Shown: positions 41,346-51,137, counted from the first letter of the stretch. The stretch is 64,000 nt of DNA from an uncultured bacterium (GCA_965652925.1 CBFGXL010000004.1:358-64357); one strand, 5' to 3'. Numbers and translations are program-made. The notes: generated by a model from the sequence alone, not told the origin.

Positions 41346-41513
41346 ATGAAACGTTCCACCACGTCGTATGCCGGCCGTCTGACCGCGCTCATTACCGCCA
41401 ATGCGCAGAGCTTCGCCGGCTTCCAGGACCTCGACCGTGATCCGTCGACCGCCGCCGCTGCTGCCCCCAACGAGACCGGGCTGGCCATCGTTTCGGTGAA
41501 CACGGCGATCTGA
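41346..41513 (+). CDS. GC-rich 55-aa ORF of unknown function within a compositional island
   Basis: ATG...TGA encodes MKRSTTSYAGRLTALITANAQSFAGFQDLDRDPSTAAAAAPNETGLAIVSVNTAI. Local GC is about 60% versus about 48% for the window. Terminator-like hairpin at ~41545-41590. Very uncertain. Confidence 0.25.
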   Translation: MKRSTTSYAGRLTALITANAQSFAGFQDLDRDPSTAAAAAPNETGLAIVSVNTAI

Positions 41514-41600
41514 CCCGTCTACGCGCGCTGCACGCTATGCAGCATTCCATCCAACGCCGCCTGCGCTTGCATCAGCAAGCCAGGCGGTTTCTTTTTTATC

Positions 41601-42059
41601 TTAAGCAACAGTGACCCGCTCTATCTCTTGAGCTATCTTCTCAAGGATGATCAGCGGATGACGATAGTAATAATTGCCAACAATAGTCGCGCGCACCTTC
41701 TCTTTCCAACTATTTTGGAGTGCTGCAGCTATCCGGTTCTTCGTATCCGCAGGTGCAAACAAATAAATATGCTCGAATGATGGCGCAGACTTCAAACGCA
41801 CTTTAAGCTCTTTGATGAAATCACGGATGATATCCTCATCACGCAACTCAAGCACGCCACCGGTGACATTCCCACCACCTTTCCCTCGCACCCCGAACCT
41901 CCCCTCCTTGTCTGAATATCGAGGCCGGGGAATTTTAAAAGCATCAAGACGTTCGATGATACCATCAGAAGCACTGTAGAAAGCAGCGTCCTGTTTGCCT
42001 GCAACAATAATATATGCGGTGGTGCGTGAGAACTGGGGCAATTTTCGTGGAATTTTCAT
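41601..42059 (-). CDS. Host-attachment-protein/baeRF-like (bacterial eRF1-fold) family protein
   Basis: The N-terminal pattern TAYIIVAGKQDAAFY resembles the W-[IV]L[IV]AD...ARIF start of PF10116-like proteins. About 150 aa. Low-confidence family assignment. Confidence 0.35.
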   Translation of the reverse strand: MKIPRKLPQFSRTTAYIIVAGKQDAAFYSASDGIIERLDAFKIPRPRYSDKEGRFGVRGKGGGNVTGGVLELRDEDIIRDFIKELKVRLKSAPSFEHIYLFAPADTKNRIAAALQNSWKEKVRATIVGNYYYRHPLIILEKIAQEIERVTVA

Positions 42060-42071
42060 AGGTGCATATAT

Positions 42072-42275
42072 TTATTCGTTTAGAGATACCAGGGAGAGAA
42101 CCTCTTCTTCATGGGCATATGATTTTTTTGGCAGATTTTCCAATGCATGGATGACACCGTTGCTGCCTCCTTTATTCCGTGCGTAGGCAACGATTTCTTG
42201 CTGTGTTGTGGGGTACGGGATGCCGCTTATATAACTGCGCAGATGCGGAATGGAAAGTGTATCTTTTGCACTCAT
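42072..42275 (-). CDS. DUF2795 domain protein
   Basis: 67 aa with LRSYISGIPYPTTQQEIVAYARNKGGSNGVIHALENLPKKSY, matching the DUF2795 consensus (L.GV.YPA.K.DL...A...GA...V...L..LP...Y). Confidence 0.55.
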   Translation of the reverse strand: MSAKDTLSIPHLRSYISGIPYPTTQQEIVAYARNKGGSNGVIHALENLPKKSYAHEEEVLSLVSLNE

Positions 42276-42386
42276 ACAATATTCATTACGCTGATAAATG
42301 AGATGTACTCCGATAGTACTGTATTTTCATGAGTCTGAAGTGAAGACAAAAAAACCGGAGCGTGCTCCGGTTTTTTATGGTTGAGG

Positions 42387-43127
42387 TTAGAGTTCAAAGG
42401 TTGCGCGGACCGTCACCATCACTTCTTTGTTCAAGCTCTGCGTGTCATACATGCCATAGTCGCTGATATCAATTCCTCCCTGCGGCAAAACCTGCACAAC
42501 GCCGCTTGAAGCATTGCGCAAAACGCCGATCGAACGTCCTGACTCACTTGCAATTGCCTGCGCACGTGCCTTTGCATCCTTGATTGCCTCACTTAAGAGG
42601 GTCACCCTCATCTCATCGAGCTTGCTGTATGTGAGTTCAAGCGAGTAGGTAGAGACGTTGTAGTTTGCCCCTGTAAATGGCTCGATATTGTTGGCGAGCT
42701 CGCTGATCTTTGCCACATCGCTGCTGCGAACTATAACCTGTCTACTGACAGAATACCCGGTCATGGTCGGCTCTCCGTACTGTGGATACACGTAGTTAGG
42801 GTAGCTCGTTACTGCAGGAGTTTCGAAATCAGTGAATCCTTGTTCCGTCAAATACTCCGTTATTCTCCCCACAGCCTCTTCCAGGCGCGTGTAACCGGTC
42901 TGTTGATCCTGCACTCCAGTGCGCGTTTCAAGGTTAAGCACCCACCGTGCGGTGTCAGCAACTACCGCCTCACGCGCTGAGCCAGTTACTTCAACACTGT
43001 CGCGGGAAAGCTTTATGTCGTATGCAGTGTAAGCGGCAATACCGGCAATAATGATCCCGCCAACAACCAGGATGGTCGCTGCTGCAACCAGAGGGACTGA
43101 GTAGTCAAACAATTTTTTTGCATTCAT
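42387..43127 (-). CDS. SIMPL/DUF541 domain protein (BP26-like periplasmic protein)
   Basis: N-terminal TM anchor, about 246 aa, mixed alpha/beta pattern and ...VTVRATFEL C-terminus as in SIMPL proteins. Moderate confidence. Confidence 0.45.
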   Translation of the reverse strand: MNAKKLFDYSVPLVAAATILVVGGIIIAGIAAYTAYDIKLSRDSVEVTGSAREAVVADTARWVLNLETRTGVQDQQTGYTRLEEAVGRITEYLTEQGFTDFETPAVTSYPNYVYPQYGEPTMTGYSVSRQVIVRSSDVAKISELANNIEPFTGANYNVSTYSLELTYSKLDEMRVTLLSEAIKDAKARAQAIASESGRSIGVLRNASSGVVQVLPQGGIDISDYGMYDTQSLNKEVMVTVRATFEL

Positions 43128-43265
43128 ATGCCTACAGTATATACCTCAGTTAGAGGAGTGAAAAATGTTTGACTTTTAAGCTGTATTTGCCATGATACGA
43201 GCCTCCCAATTGGACACTCGTCCTATGGGCGAGCTGTTCTTTTCACCGCTTTTCGGAGGTCTTGA

Positions 43266-44612
43266 ATGCGGCAAGCAATATATAGTGTCTGGAGTTTCAT
43301 TATCGAAAACTCCTTTCTTCTGGTTATCGGCGCGGCGGCGGCCCTCATCTGGGCCAATACCGACCCGAGTACCTACCATGCGCTCCAGGAGATGGTGCTC
43401 ATCGAGCACTTCTTCATCGGCCACGCGCATGTCAATGAAGCGGGCGAGACGATCCGCACACTGACACTGCACTACCTGGTCAATGACGTTCTCATGGCCC
43501 TCTTCTTTGCCCTTGCAGGCAAAGAGATATGGGAAGCTGTCGCGCTGAAGCCCGAGGATCACAACGGCATCAAGCGCGACAAGGGCGGACAACTGCGCGG
43601 CAAGACCGCGCTTACTCCGCTTATTGCAACCCTTGGCGGCATGGCTGGTCCCGCACTGGTATACCTCGGGGTCATCAGCATGCTTGGCCCTGACGGGTTT
43701 GCCACGCTCGTGCGCGGCACCGCGATCCCCACTGCAACCGACATTGCGTTCAGCTATTTCGTTGGCCGCATCGTGTTCGGGGCGAAGCACCCAGCAGTAA
43801 GCTTTCTGCTCTTGCTTGCAGTTGCAGATGATGCCGGCGGATTGATGATCCTCGCGATCTTCTATCCGTCCGCACAGATGCAGCCGATGTGGCTTCTGCT
43901 GTCGCTTGCGGTTGCTGTCGCTGCGGGTCTTTCCTGCAACTACCTACCGCGTGCACTTGATGCGAAAGACAACGGAGGCCGCTTCCGCTTCATGCGCACG
44001 GTATTGGGTCCATGGCCGTACGTCGTAGCCGGATGTATCTCCTGGTACGCTTTCCAGGAGAGCGGAATTCATCCTGCGCTTGGGCTTTTGCCGATCATTC
44101 CGGCGATTCCCCATGCCGACCACGACGCCGGCATCTTCGCTCAGGAGGAGCGCTCTGCACACGACCTTCTGAATGTCATGGAACACGCGATCAAGCTGCC
44201 AGTACAGTTCGTACTGTTTGCGTTTGCGTTTCTCAACGCCGGCATCACGATTACCATGCCTGGAGAGGCGACGTATCCGGTACTGCTCGGACTGCTCTTG
44301 GGCAAGCCGTTGGGAATCTTCCTCTTCGGCATGTTCGCAGCATACGTGCTTCGCCTAGACCTTCCTGAGAGCATGCGTCCTCGAGACCTCTGGGTATTGG
44401 GGTGGGTTGCCGGAATAGGCTTCACTGTCGCACTCTTCGTCTCGGTTGTTGCCTTTGCTCCTGGAGCAATCCAAGACCAGGCAAAGATGGGTGCGCTCTT
44501 GAGCATCCTCGCTGCTCTCCCCGCTGTCTTCTTCGGAATCGTCTTGCGAGTCAAGCAGTCTGTGAGAAGACCAGAGACCATGACCGAACAAGCAGAACGT
44601 GCCGTTGCGTAA
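43266..44612 (+). CDS. nhaA: Na+/H+ antiporter NhaA
   Basis: Matches conserved NhaA segments: VNDVLMALFFALAGKEI, GTAIPTATDIAFSYFV, AVADDAGGLMILAIFY. Terminator at 44636-44670. Confidence 0.9.
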   Translation: MRQAIYSVWSFIIENSFLLVIGAAAALIWANTDPSTYHALQEMVLIEHFFIGHAHVNEAGETIRTLTLHYLVNDVLMALFFALAGKEIWEAVALKPEDHNGIKRDKGGQLRGKTALTPLIATLGGMAGPALVYLGVISMLGPDGFATLVRGTAIPTATDIAFSYFVGRIVFGAKHPAVSFLLLLAVADDAGGLMILAIFYPSAQMQPMWLLLSLAVAVAAGLSCNYLPRALDAKDNGGRFRFMRTVLGPWPYVVAGCISWYAFQESGIHPALGLLPIIPAIPHADHDAGIFAQEERSAHDLLNVMEHAIKLPVQFVLFAFAFLNAGITITMPGEATYPVLLGLLLGKPLGIFLFGMFAAYVLRLDLPESMRPRDLWVLGWVAGIGFTVALFVSVVAFAPGAIQDQAKMGALLSILAALPAVFFGIVLRVKQSVRRPETMTEQAERAVA

Positions 44613-44678
44613 GCAACGGCACCCACAAACAAATCGCCCGGCGTGCAAGCATGCCGGGCGTTTTTTCTTTTAATGTAG

Positions 44679-45608
44679 TTAAATACCAACAATAAACTCA
44701 ACAAGGACAAAGGTGATCCAAAAGACAATAAGCGAGAGTGCCTCCTTCTTCGTGACCATCTTTCCCGAGCGCATGAAGTTGAAAAGGATGAATGATGCAG
44801 CCACCATAAATACACCGCCGATATAGATGGTAGTCTTCGGAAAATCAAACGGATTGAGAAGCGCAATGAGACCAATGACGATGGTTGCGTCCGCGAGCAC
44901 CACTCCAAGCAAGTCGCCAACCGCAAGCGAATCGCTATGCTGTTTCACTGAGGTCACTGCAAAGAAAAGCTCTGGCATAGTGGTGCCGAGCGCCACAACG
45001 AGCAGGCCAATGAGCGCGGGACTAATACCCCAGGCCAAGCCAAGGGCTGAACCGGAGGAAACAATGAAATAAGATCCAGCAAGAAGAGCACCGAGCCCGA
45101 GGCACAACATGAGTATATTCATGAACCTATCTTTTTTGCGCAGTTCCAGTTCTTCGGAGCGCTCCTCGCTCTTAAGCGCCAGATAATAAAAGATGAATCC
45201 GAGCAGGATAAGCGCCGCACCTTCGAAGCGAGAGAAATGCCCATCAAGTCCGAGCACAATAGGAACAAGCAGAATGAGCGGGTAAAGCAAATGCTGTTTA
45301 AGTATCTTCTGTTCAACCCGAAGGCTTCTTCCTGTGAGCAATACTACAAGCGCAAAAATGAGGGTGAGGTCTGCAACATTGGACCCTAAAAGCATACCGA
45401 GCCCAAGTTCAGGGACGTCCCGCAAGGCGGCATTGATCGCTACAAATGTCTCCGGAAGAATTGAAATAACCGCAATAATGAGAAAGCCTACCGTGTATTT
45501 TGAAAGCCGAAGACCCTGTGCGATCCTTCCAGCATACTGTGTGGCAAGGGTAGCACCGCGTGCGATCATCAGAAGCGCAACAAGAAAGATAAAAAGATTC
45601 GTAAGCAT
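44679..45608 (-). CDS. Sodium/calcium exchanger (CaCA family, YrbG-like) membrane protein
   Basis: Two alpha-repeat regions (GxSxPE-like: ...ALGTTMPELFFAVTSV...; ...ISILPETFVAINAAL...). About 10 TM helices. Confidence 0.75.
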   Translation of the reverse strand: MLTNLFIFLVALLMIARGATLATQYAGRIAQGLRLSKYTVGFLIIAVISILPETFVAINAALRDVPELGLGMLLGSNVADLTLIFALVVLLTGRSLRVEQKILKQHLLYPLILLVPIVLGLDGHFSRFEGAALILLGFIFYYLALKSEERSEELELRKKDRFMNILMLCLGLGALLAGSYFIVSSGSALGLAWGISPALIGLLVVALGTTMPELFFAVTSVKQHSDSLAVGDLLGVVLADATIVIGLIALLNPFDFPKTTIYIGGVFMVAASFILFNFMRSGKMVTKKEALSLIVFWITFVLVEFIVGI

Positions 45609-45684
45609 GACTTAAGTATAGTACATACGAGCGCAACACGTGCACAAACGAAAACAGCTGCACGCGTGCGTGCAGCTGCAGAAC

Positions 45685-46053
45685 TCATGGCCCAGCCCAG
45701 GGTGCCAATTGGAAGACAGGGTGTATCCAAGTGGGACAAGGGCCACGCGCGAAAAGGACTATTCCCTGCGATGGCTCACCGATGAGTCTCCGTGCCTCCT
45801 CCATGGACGTGCCGGTAGTAAGCACATCATCAACAATAAGTGTCTGGCCGTAACTCAGACAATGTTTCTGGAGTGCTGCAGCAAGCCGTAACCCGCCGCG
45901 GGGAACACCGTACACTTTCCCGAAGAGGTGTGTACGGCCGATGATGCCTGCGATGGTTTCTAGGTCCTGATCAGAGAGAGCGTCGCATTCTATCTTGAAA
46001 GAAAGACGCCCGCCTGCATGACCGACAAACGACTGATCTGCAAAGAGCGGCAA
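45685..46053 (-). CDS. Phosphoribosyltransferase-domain protein (ComF C-terminal-like)
   Basis: PRPP-binding motif LIVDDVLTTGTS. 122 aa. Confidence 0.6.
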   Translation of the reverse strand: MPLFADQSFVGHAGGRLSFKIECDALSDQDLETIAGIIGRTHLFGKVYGVPRGGLRLAAALQKHCLSYGQTLIVDDVLTTGTSMEEARRLIGEPSQGIVLFARGPCPTWIHPVFQLAPWAGP

Positions 46054-46107
46054 GAAAACCTCCTGTGAGAGAGCGTATACCTGGTCAATACTAGCACACT
46101 ATTCTCT

Positions 46108-47523
46108 TTAGTTGATTCCCGCTTCGGCATGCACTGGAGCATCACCTGCATCGAATTGCTTCAGTGTCTTACTGATCCAGATAAAGCCAATAAGCGACGC
46201 CACCACGTTCCCTGCAACAATCGCAAGCCACACACCCCATAGCGGCAAGGGGAAAACCTGCGTGAGCACATACGCAAGCGGAAGTGAGACAACCATAAAA
46301 CGGATGAAGAAGATCCAAAAGCCCGGCCAAGAGCGTCCGATCGCCTGAAAAGCGCTTGCCTCGATCATCGTGGCCGACATGAACGCATAGCTGAGGGCGA
46401 CAATCCAGATATACGAAAGTGAATACTCGGTCACGAGCGGGTCAGTAGTAAAGATACGAGTAATTGGCACAGCCAAGAGCATACAGAGCACACCAAATCC
46501 GGCAGATGCACCAGCACCATACAACAGTGACTTGTTGAATGCTTCACGTGCACGAGCAATGTTGCCCGCCCCGATGTTCTGCCCGATAAGTGACATCGCT
46601 CCAAACCCAAAACCAATTGCAGGCAAGAATGCGAAGAACTCGACACGTGAACCAATACTGAATGCAATGGTACCCGCCTCTTTAAACCCTAGCGCCACAA
46701 TGAACATAAGGGCGGCAACACCCAAGGGGTTGATCACTTGCGTCAGTGACGCAGGGATACCGATGTTCAACACTTTTTTGACTGATTCCCAAACCAAGGT
46801 GAGATTGCGGAAACTGAAGCGGACCATCATTGCGGGACTCGCAAGCTTGTGGAGCGCCATCACCAAGAAGACAGCCTGTGAGATGAGCGTTGCGTACGCT
46901 GCACCTTCGATACCGAGCGCCGGAAACCCGAGCCATCCGAAGATCATTATTGGATCAAGAACAGCATTCACTGCCGTCGAGACCGCAAAGAGTTTTGTGA
47001 GACTAAACGTGTCCCCTTGTGCGTTAAACGCAAAGTTCACCGTCATCATAAGGAACAAAAGCATTGAACCAGCAGCAGTGATGGTGAAGTATTGGACTGC
47101 CGGCTCAAAGATCGTCCCCGTTGCACCTGAAAGCACAAGAAGCTCATTCCGAAACATAAGCGCAATGATGGTAAAGCCCAACCCCACAAGCGCCGAGAGA
47201 AGAAACGACTGCCCCAAAACCCGCTCAGCCTCCTTTTTTTCCTTTGCCCCGATATGCATGGCCATAAGCACCCCGCTTCCTGCAGTGATACCCATACTCA
47301 AGGACACCATGATGAAGAGCGAGATCTGTGAGATGCTCACCGCGGCAATTGCGTCAGGCGAAAGCTTGCTCACCCAAAATGCATCGACGATGTTGTAGAG
47401 CGTATAAAAAAAGATCGAAAGCATGATCGGCCATGCAACCGACCACAGCTGTTTTCGTAAATTCCCTTGCGTAAGGTCGTGTCCAAAATGTTCCTGTTCT
47501 GTTTGCTGTGTTTCTTCATTCAT
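46108..47523 (-). CDS. MATE family efflux transporter
   Basis: 12-TM protein whose N-terminus LWSVAWPIMLSIFFYTLYNIVDAFWVSKL is typical of MATE/NorM. Confidence 0.85.
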   Translation of the reverse strand: MNEETQQTEQEHFGHDLTQGNLRKQLWSVAWPIMLSIFFYTLYNIVDAFWVSKLSPDAIAAVSISQISLFIMVSLSMGITAGSGVLMAMHIGAKEKKEAERVLGQSFLLSALVGLGFTIIALMFRNELLVLSGATGTIFEPAVQYFTITAAGSMLLFLMMTVNFAFNAQGDTFSLTKLFAVSTAVNAVLDPIMIFGWLGFPALGIEGAAYATLISQAVFLVMALHKLASPAMMVRFSFRNLTLVWESVKKVLNIGIPASLTQVINPLGVAALMFIVALGFKEAGTIAFSIGSRVEFFAFLPAIGFGFGAMSLIGQNIGAGNIARAREAFNKSLLYGAGASAGFGVLCMLLAVPITRIFTTDPLVTEYSLSYIWIVALSYAFMSATMIEASAFQAIGRSWPGFWIFFIRFMVVSLPLAYVLTQVFPLPLWGVWLAIVAGNVVASLIGFIWISKTLKQFDAGDAPVHAEAGIN

Positions 47524-47641
47524 ATGTACAGCAGGCTATCATATCGTCTCTTTCTCACCAATTGTTCATTCGGGATGAAAAAACTGCATACAAAAACAGG
47601 AAGCTTCCGCTTCCTGTTTTTGTATGTGACTTAAGAGTCAA

Positions 47642-48997
47642 CTATGCATCCGTGTCTGTCTCTTCCACCACAACCGATGCTCCTACCGAAGCGGTGTGTC
47701 CCTCCTCGTCAGTGACCGTAAACGTAGGGTAGTAGGTTCCCTCGTTATTGTAGGTATGCGTGAAGGTTGCAGATGCCTGTGTCATGCTGTCGTCTGACAT
47801 CATCAGTCTCGCCATTGAACTTTCACCCCAGTCTACTGAGTAGGTGAGGTTGCCGGAGGAATTGGTTGCTGCCTGAACAGTCCATGTTCCTTCTTCCCCC
47901 ACTTGAAGCTTCACTGGTGCGCTCACGCCTGAGATCGTAACCTTTCCATTGTCCACGATTTCTAGGTCAACAGCGTTGCTGGTACCGTCGTTGTCAGTAA
48001 CAGTCACTGCATAGGTTGCGAGTGTGAGATCCGGCGCTTCAAACGTGATCGACGTACTGCTTACGACGTCAACATTCAAAGCCGATGTTGTTCCTACAGC
48101 GACTGTACTGTCCTCATCAAACCCATGACCCGTGATGGTCACAGTAGCACCTGCTTCAACTGACAGCGGAGCAAGTGCAGTGATGTGTGGGACTTCATTG
48201 TCCTCACCATCGCCAACCACCACCGTGGTTGTTGATGAGACTTCATTGCCTTCCTCGTCCATCACCTTGAACTCAGGATAGTAGGTTCCCTCGTTTGTAT
48301 AGGTGTGGGTGAAGGTAGCAGAAGACTGAACGGTCTCATCGGCGCTGAAGAGTCGGAGCGGGCTCCAGCCTTCGTCTCCCCATTTCACGGAGTACTGAAG
48401 ATTGCTTTCTCCATCACTCTCAACATGTACACTCCAAGTTCCCTCTTCTCCCGTTTCAAGATTTGCTGGTCCATCAATTGCACTGATGAAAAGGGGCTCT
48501 TCCGGAGTGGTCGTCTCTTCGGTTACCTCAAACTGGACCGCATTGCTTGTTCTGAACCCGTCTTGAACTCGGACGTTATACTTACCCGGCTCTACATCGT
48601 AGGCTATTGCCGTACACATGCGCCACGGTGGACAGTATCGGCCCATTTCGTCGGGGATGACAAACGTGAGTGTTTCCCCATCGTCGGAGACAACCGGGTC
48701 GTGTATCGCTCCCTTGCCGAACCGGACGATGTTATCTTCATCGAACCGCATACCCGTAAGAGTAACCGTTGTACCGGTCGGACCTTCTTCAGGACTAATA
48801 TCTTCTATAACTGCTTTGGTGCCTCTCCAATAATCATTCCATGAGGCTCGGTCACGTTTCAGTTCCACATTCGCGGACTGTTCTACCTGTGCTGACGCAC
48901 GCGGTATCGCAGACTTGATTGAGTCAACAGTGCCGCCAAATGATGTCAATGCAAGCACTGATGCAAGCAGAGATGATGCTATATTCTCTAAGATCAT
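47642..48997 (-). CDS. Secreted repeat protein with PKD and IPT/TIG-like Ig-fold domains
   Basis: Signal peptide. Two PKD-like repeats (SVKWGDEGWSP...TFTHTYTNEGTYYPEFKVMDEEGN and SVDWGESSMA...TFTHTYNNEGTYYPTFTVTDEEGH) plus IPT-like segments (TVTLTGMRFDEDNIV). Confidence 0.6.
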   Translation of the reverse strand: MILENIASSLLASVLALTSFGGTVDSIKSAIPRASAQVEQSANVELKRDRASWNDYWRGTKAVIEDISPEEGPTGTTVTLTGMRFDEDNIVRFGKGAIHDPVVSDDGETLTFVIPDEMGRYCPPWRMCTAIAYDVEPGKYNVRVQDGFRTSNAVQFEVTEETTTPEEPLFISAIDGPANLETGEEGTWSVHVESDGESNLQYSVKWGDEGWSPLRLFSADETVQSSATFTHTYTNEGTYYPEFKVMDEEGNEVSSTTTVVVGDGEDNEVPHITALAPLSVEAGATVTITGHGFDEDSTVAVGTTSALNVDVVSSTSITFEAPDLTLATYAVTVTDNDGTSNAVDLEIVDNGKVTISGVSAPVKLQVGEEGTWTVQAATNSSGNLTYSVDWGESSMARLMMSDDSMTQASATFTHTYNNEGTYYPTFTVTDEEGHTASVGASVVVEETDTDA

Positions 48998-49253
48998 AAT
49001 GTATTTTTTAGTTGTTAAGCTTGTAAGTTTAACTTCTAATCATGTCGACCTGCATTGAGTAGTGACGTATGGGGGCGATGACTCTTACTTCATGAAAAAC
49101 TCATAATAGCCATATTTTAAGCCCTAGAATAGATTTTTTACAGCCGAAAAAACTATGGTACTTGCGGATCCCTTTGCTCTTCCAAGGCACACTGCACACA
49201 GCAAAAATGCCTGCCGATACAGCAGCGGTTAGATCATCGTCTGGAGAGCAAGA

Positions 49254-49811
49254 TCAGCTTATAAGCTTGGCTGAGCGGCGCATGTTGAGATAGAGAGCAA
49301 TCAGAAGAGCAAACGTGATCGCAGACAAAAGCGGAAATGTCATAAACCCAAACTCATCTATCACCTTTGTGGCACAGTCAGCGGTACCGTCGGCAAGACA
49401 CGGCATGATCCCCGAAGTTGCAATTTCCTGAGGGATCATCTGGTATGCGTATTGATAGAGAGCAACACAAAGTCCGAACAGTGAAAGGGCAATACCGTAC
49501 AGCGGGAAATAAACTACATCTTTTATCTTCCATGCGATCACAGACATAAGTGCCTGCGGATATATAGCAATACGCTGCAGCCAGCACAGTGAACAAGGTA
49601 CAAATCCATAGTATTCAGAATACAAAAGCGATATCGCAACGCTCCCCGTTGTCAGAAGCATGACTGCAATTACTGCATATGGTGAAAACCACCGCTTGTA
49701 GTAGACACTTTTGAAAAGAAAATAGTCTACAAAAAGGAAAAGTGTGACTGGGATCAAAGCCAGTCCGCCAAGCGCAAAGAGGAAATTGAGGGTGTCGATC
49801 CAGAAATACAT
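49254..49811 (-). CDS. Disulfide bond formation protein B (DsbB/BdbC family)
   Basis: Four TM helices with a PCSLCWLQR CxxC motif in the first periplasmic loop. Confidence 0.7.
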   Translation of the reverse strand: MYFWIDTLNFLFALGGLALIPVTLFLFVDYFLFKSVYYKRWFSPYAVIAVMLLTTGSVAISLLYSEYYGFVPCSLCWLQRIAIYPQALMSVIAWKIKDVVYFPLYGIALSLFGLCVALYQYAYQMIPQEIATSGIMPCLADGTADCATKVIDEFGFMTFPLLSAITFALLIALYLNMRRSAKLIS

Positions 49812-49871
49812 AGCTTGTCTATTTACAAAAGCAGTATACCACGATGAGCCTTCACCTTACACGGCCAGTTT

Positions 49872-50408
49872 TTACCCAAAGAAGCGTGAACGGGTTCTCT
49901 GTTCCCACGAAGAAATGATCAGAGCCACATTCTCTTCCGGGGACTGTGTGCCGTCGATTTCCAGATCATATTTATTGAAAGTATGGATCGTCTCAAAGTC
50001 TTTACGCGCAGTTCCAAGCGGACGGTCACCTCTCTCTTTTTCCCGCCGCTCAAGTTCCTCAACAGGACAGTGTACGCCCACAAAAAAGAGATCGGTATCC
50101 TTGAGTATCTCAGACAGAAAGCTCTTCCATTCTTGATTTTCAATGATGTGTTCAACAATAAGATTATTGCCACTCTCAGCGTATGCTCGAAGCGAAAGAT
50201 GGAACCCCTTAAAAAATACCTCCCGGTGCTCTCCCCACTTGAATTCCCCTTGGGCAAATCTTTGGAGCGGCAAAACGCCCGCGTCACGAAGATGATCGAT
50301 TGAAATATGCCAAAAAGGCTCATCAATTTTAGATTGCAACAACTTTGCGATAGTTGACTTGCCTGAGCTCGTTGCTCCATGAAGCAAGATGATCTTTCCC
50401 GGCAACAT
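49872..50408 (-). CDS. Chloramphenicol phosphotransferase-like (CPT family) P-loop kinase
   Basis: Walker A ILLHGATSSGKSTIAK. The overall motif order (…HISIDHL…IVEHII…FFVGVHCPVEELERREKERGDRPLGTARKDF…) mirrors the Streptomyces Cpt/PF07931 architecture. Confidence 0.6.
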   Translation of the reverse strand: MLPGKIILLHGATSSGKSTIAKLLQSKIDEPFWHISIDHLRDAGVLPLQRFAQGEFKWGEHREVFFKGFHLSLRAYAESGNNLIVEHIIENQEWKSFLSEILKDTDLFFVGVHCPVEELERREKERGDRPLGTARKDFETIHTFNKYDLEIDGTQSPEENVALIISSWEQRTRSRFFG

Positions 50409-50461
50409 CCCGAAAGTATAACAAAAGTGGAGGCAAATCCGCTTACGGCGGACTCACCCCG

Positions 50462-51016
50462 TTAAGCTTCAGCGGGTCTCACCATTTCAATAACTGGCAT
50501 GCCTTTAAAAAGAGGCATTTCTGCATCAGTCTTTTCAAATCCGTACTTGGTATAGAATCCGATCGCCGAAGTGTTAAAAGCAAATGCCTCTAAACGAGCA
50601 GGCTTATCTTTGTCGGCCCATGATAAAAATGTTTCCATGAGTTTGCCTCCCACCCCCGAGGCCTTGGCCTCATTCAGCAAATAAACAGCATCGAGCTCGG
50701 TATAGTCATCATGTTTAGACCCATGTAGAAAACCCACGATGTTCCCATCTTTATTTTTAACAACCCTGTAGAGAACTTTGTCTGGATCTGCCAAAGCTTC
50801 TTTGATCGTGTTTTTTCGGAAATCGGTATTGATCAGCAGATGCTTAAGCAGCTCATCAACCTTTTCTTCTGTGAGGCCGGATTCCTGGAGCACATATGTT
50901 TCTTTCCAAGCTTGTATATGCATGGGCGCCAAGGCAAGTTCATCTCCCACTTTTGGTAGTTCAATTTTGAATGTCGGTTCAGTTTCTACTGACATAGATT
51001 TTTCTAGCTCTTCCAT
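50462..51016 (-). CDS. GNAT family N-acetyltransferase
   Basis: Acetyl-CoA binding motif region ...ASGVGGKLMETFLSWA. 184 aa. Confidence 0.7.
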   Translation of the reverse strand: MEELEKSMSVETEPTFKIELPKVGDELALAPMHIQAWKETYVLQESGLTEEKVDELLKHLLINTDFRKNTIKEALADPDKVLYRVVKNKDGNIVGFLHGSKHDDYTELDAVYLLNEAKASGVGGKLMETFLSWADKDKPARLEAFAFNTSAIGFYTKYGFEKTDAEMPLFKGMPVIEMVRPAEA

Positions 51017-51137
51017 AGATTTATTACATCACCGTGACAAAGAAATGTCGAGCCAATGCTCTGGTAGGAAATTGCCGCTGCACAAAAACAAATGCCGCCC
51101 AGTAGTGCCGGGGCGGCTTCGGTTTGTTCGTATTCAT

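Noticed and set aside
41346-41513. Class I lanthipeptide or lasso-peptide precursor (the FQDLD motif resembles the FNLD leader box)
   Set aside because: The putative core has no Cys, and no Asp/Glu at the lasso ring-closing position. There are no modification enzymes nearby.
43176-43790. 204-aa minus-strand ORF
   Set aside because: It lies entirely antisense to the well-supported nhaA gene. It has no motifs and is Arg/Ala-rich, as expected for antisense of a GC-rich membrane gene.
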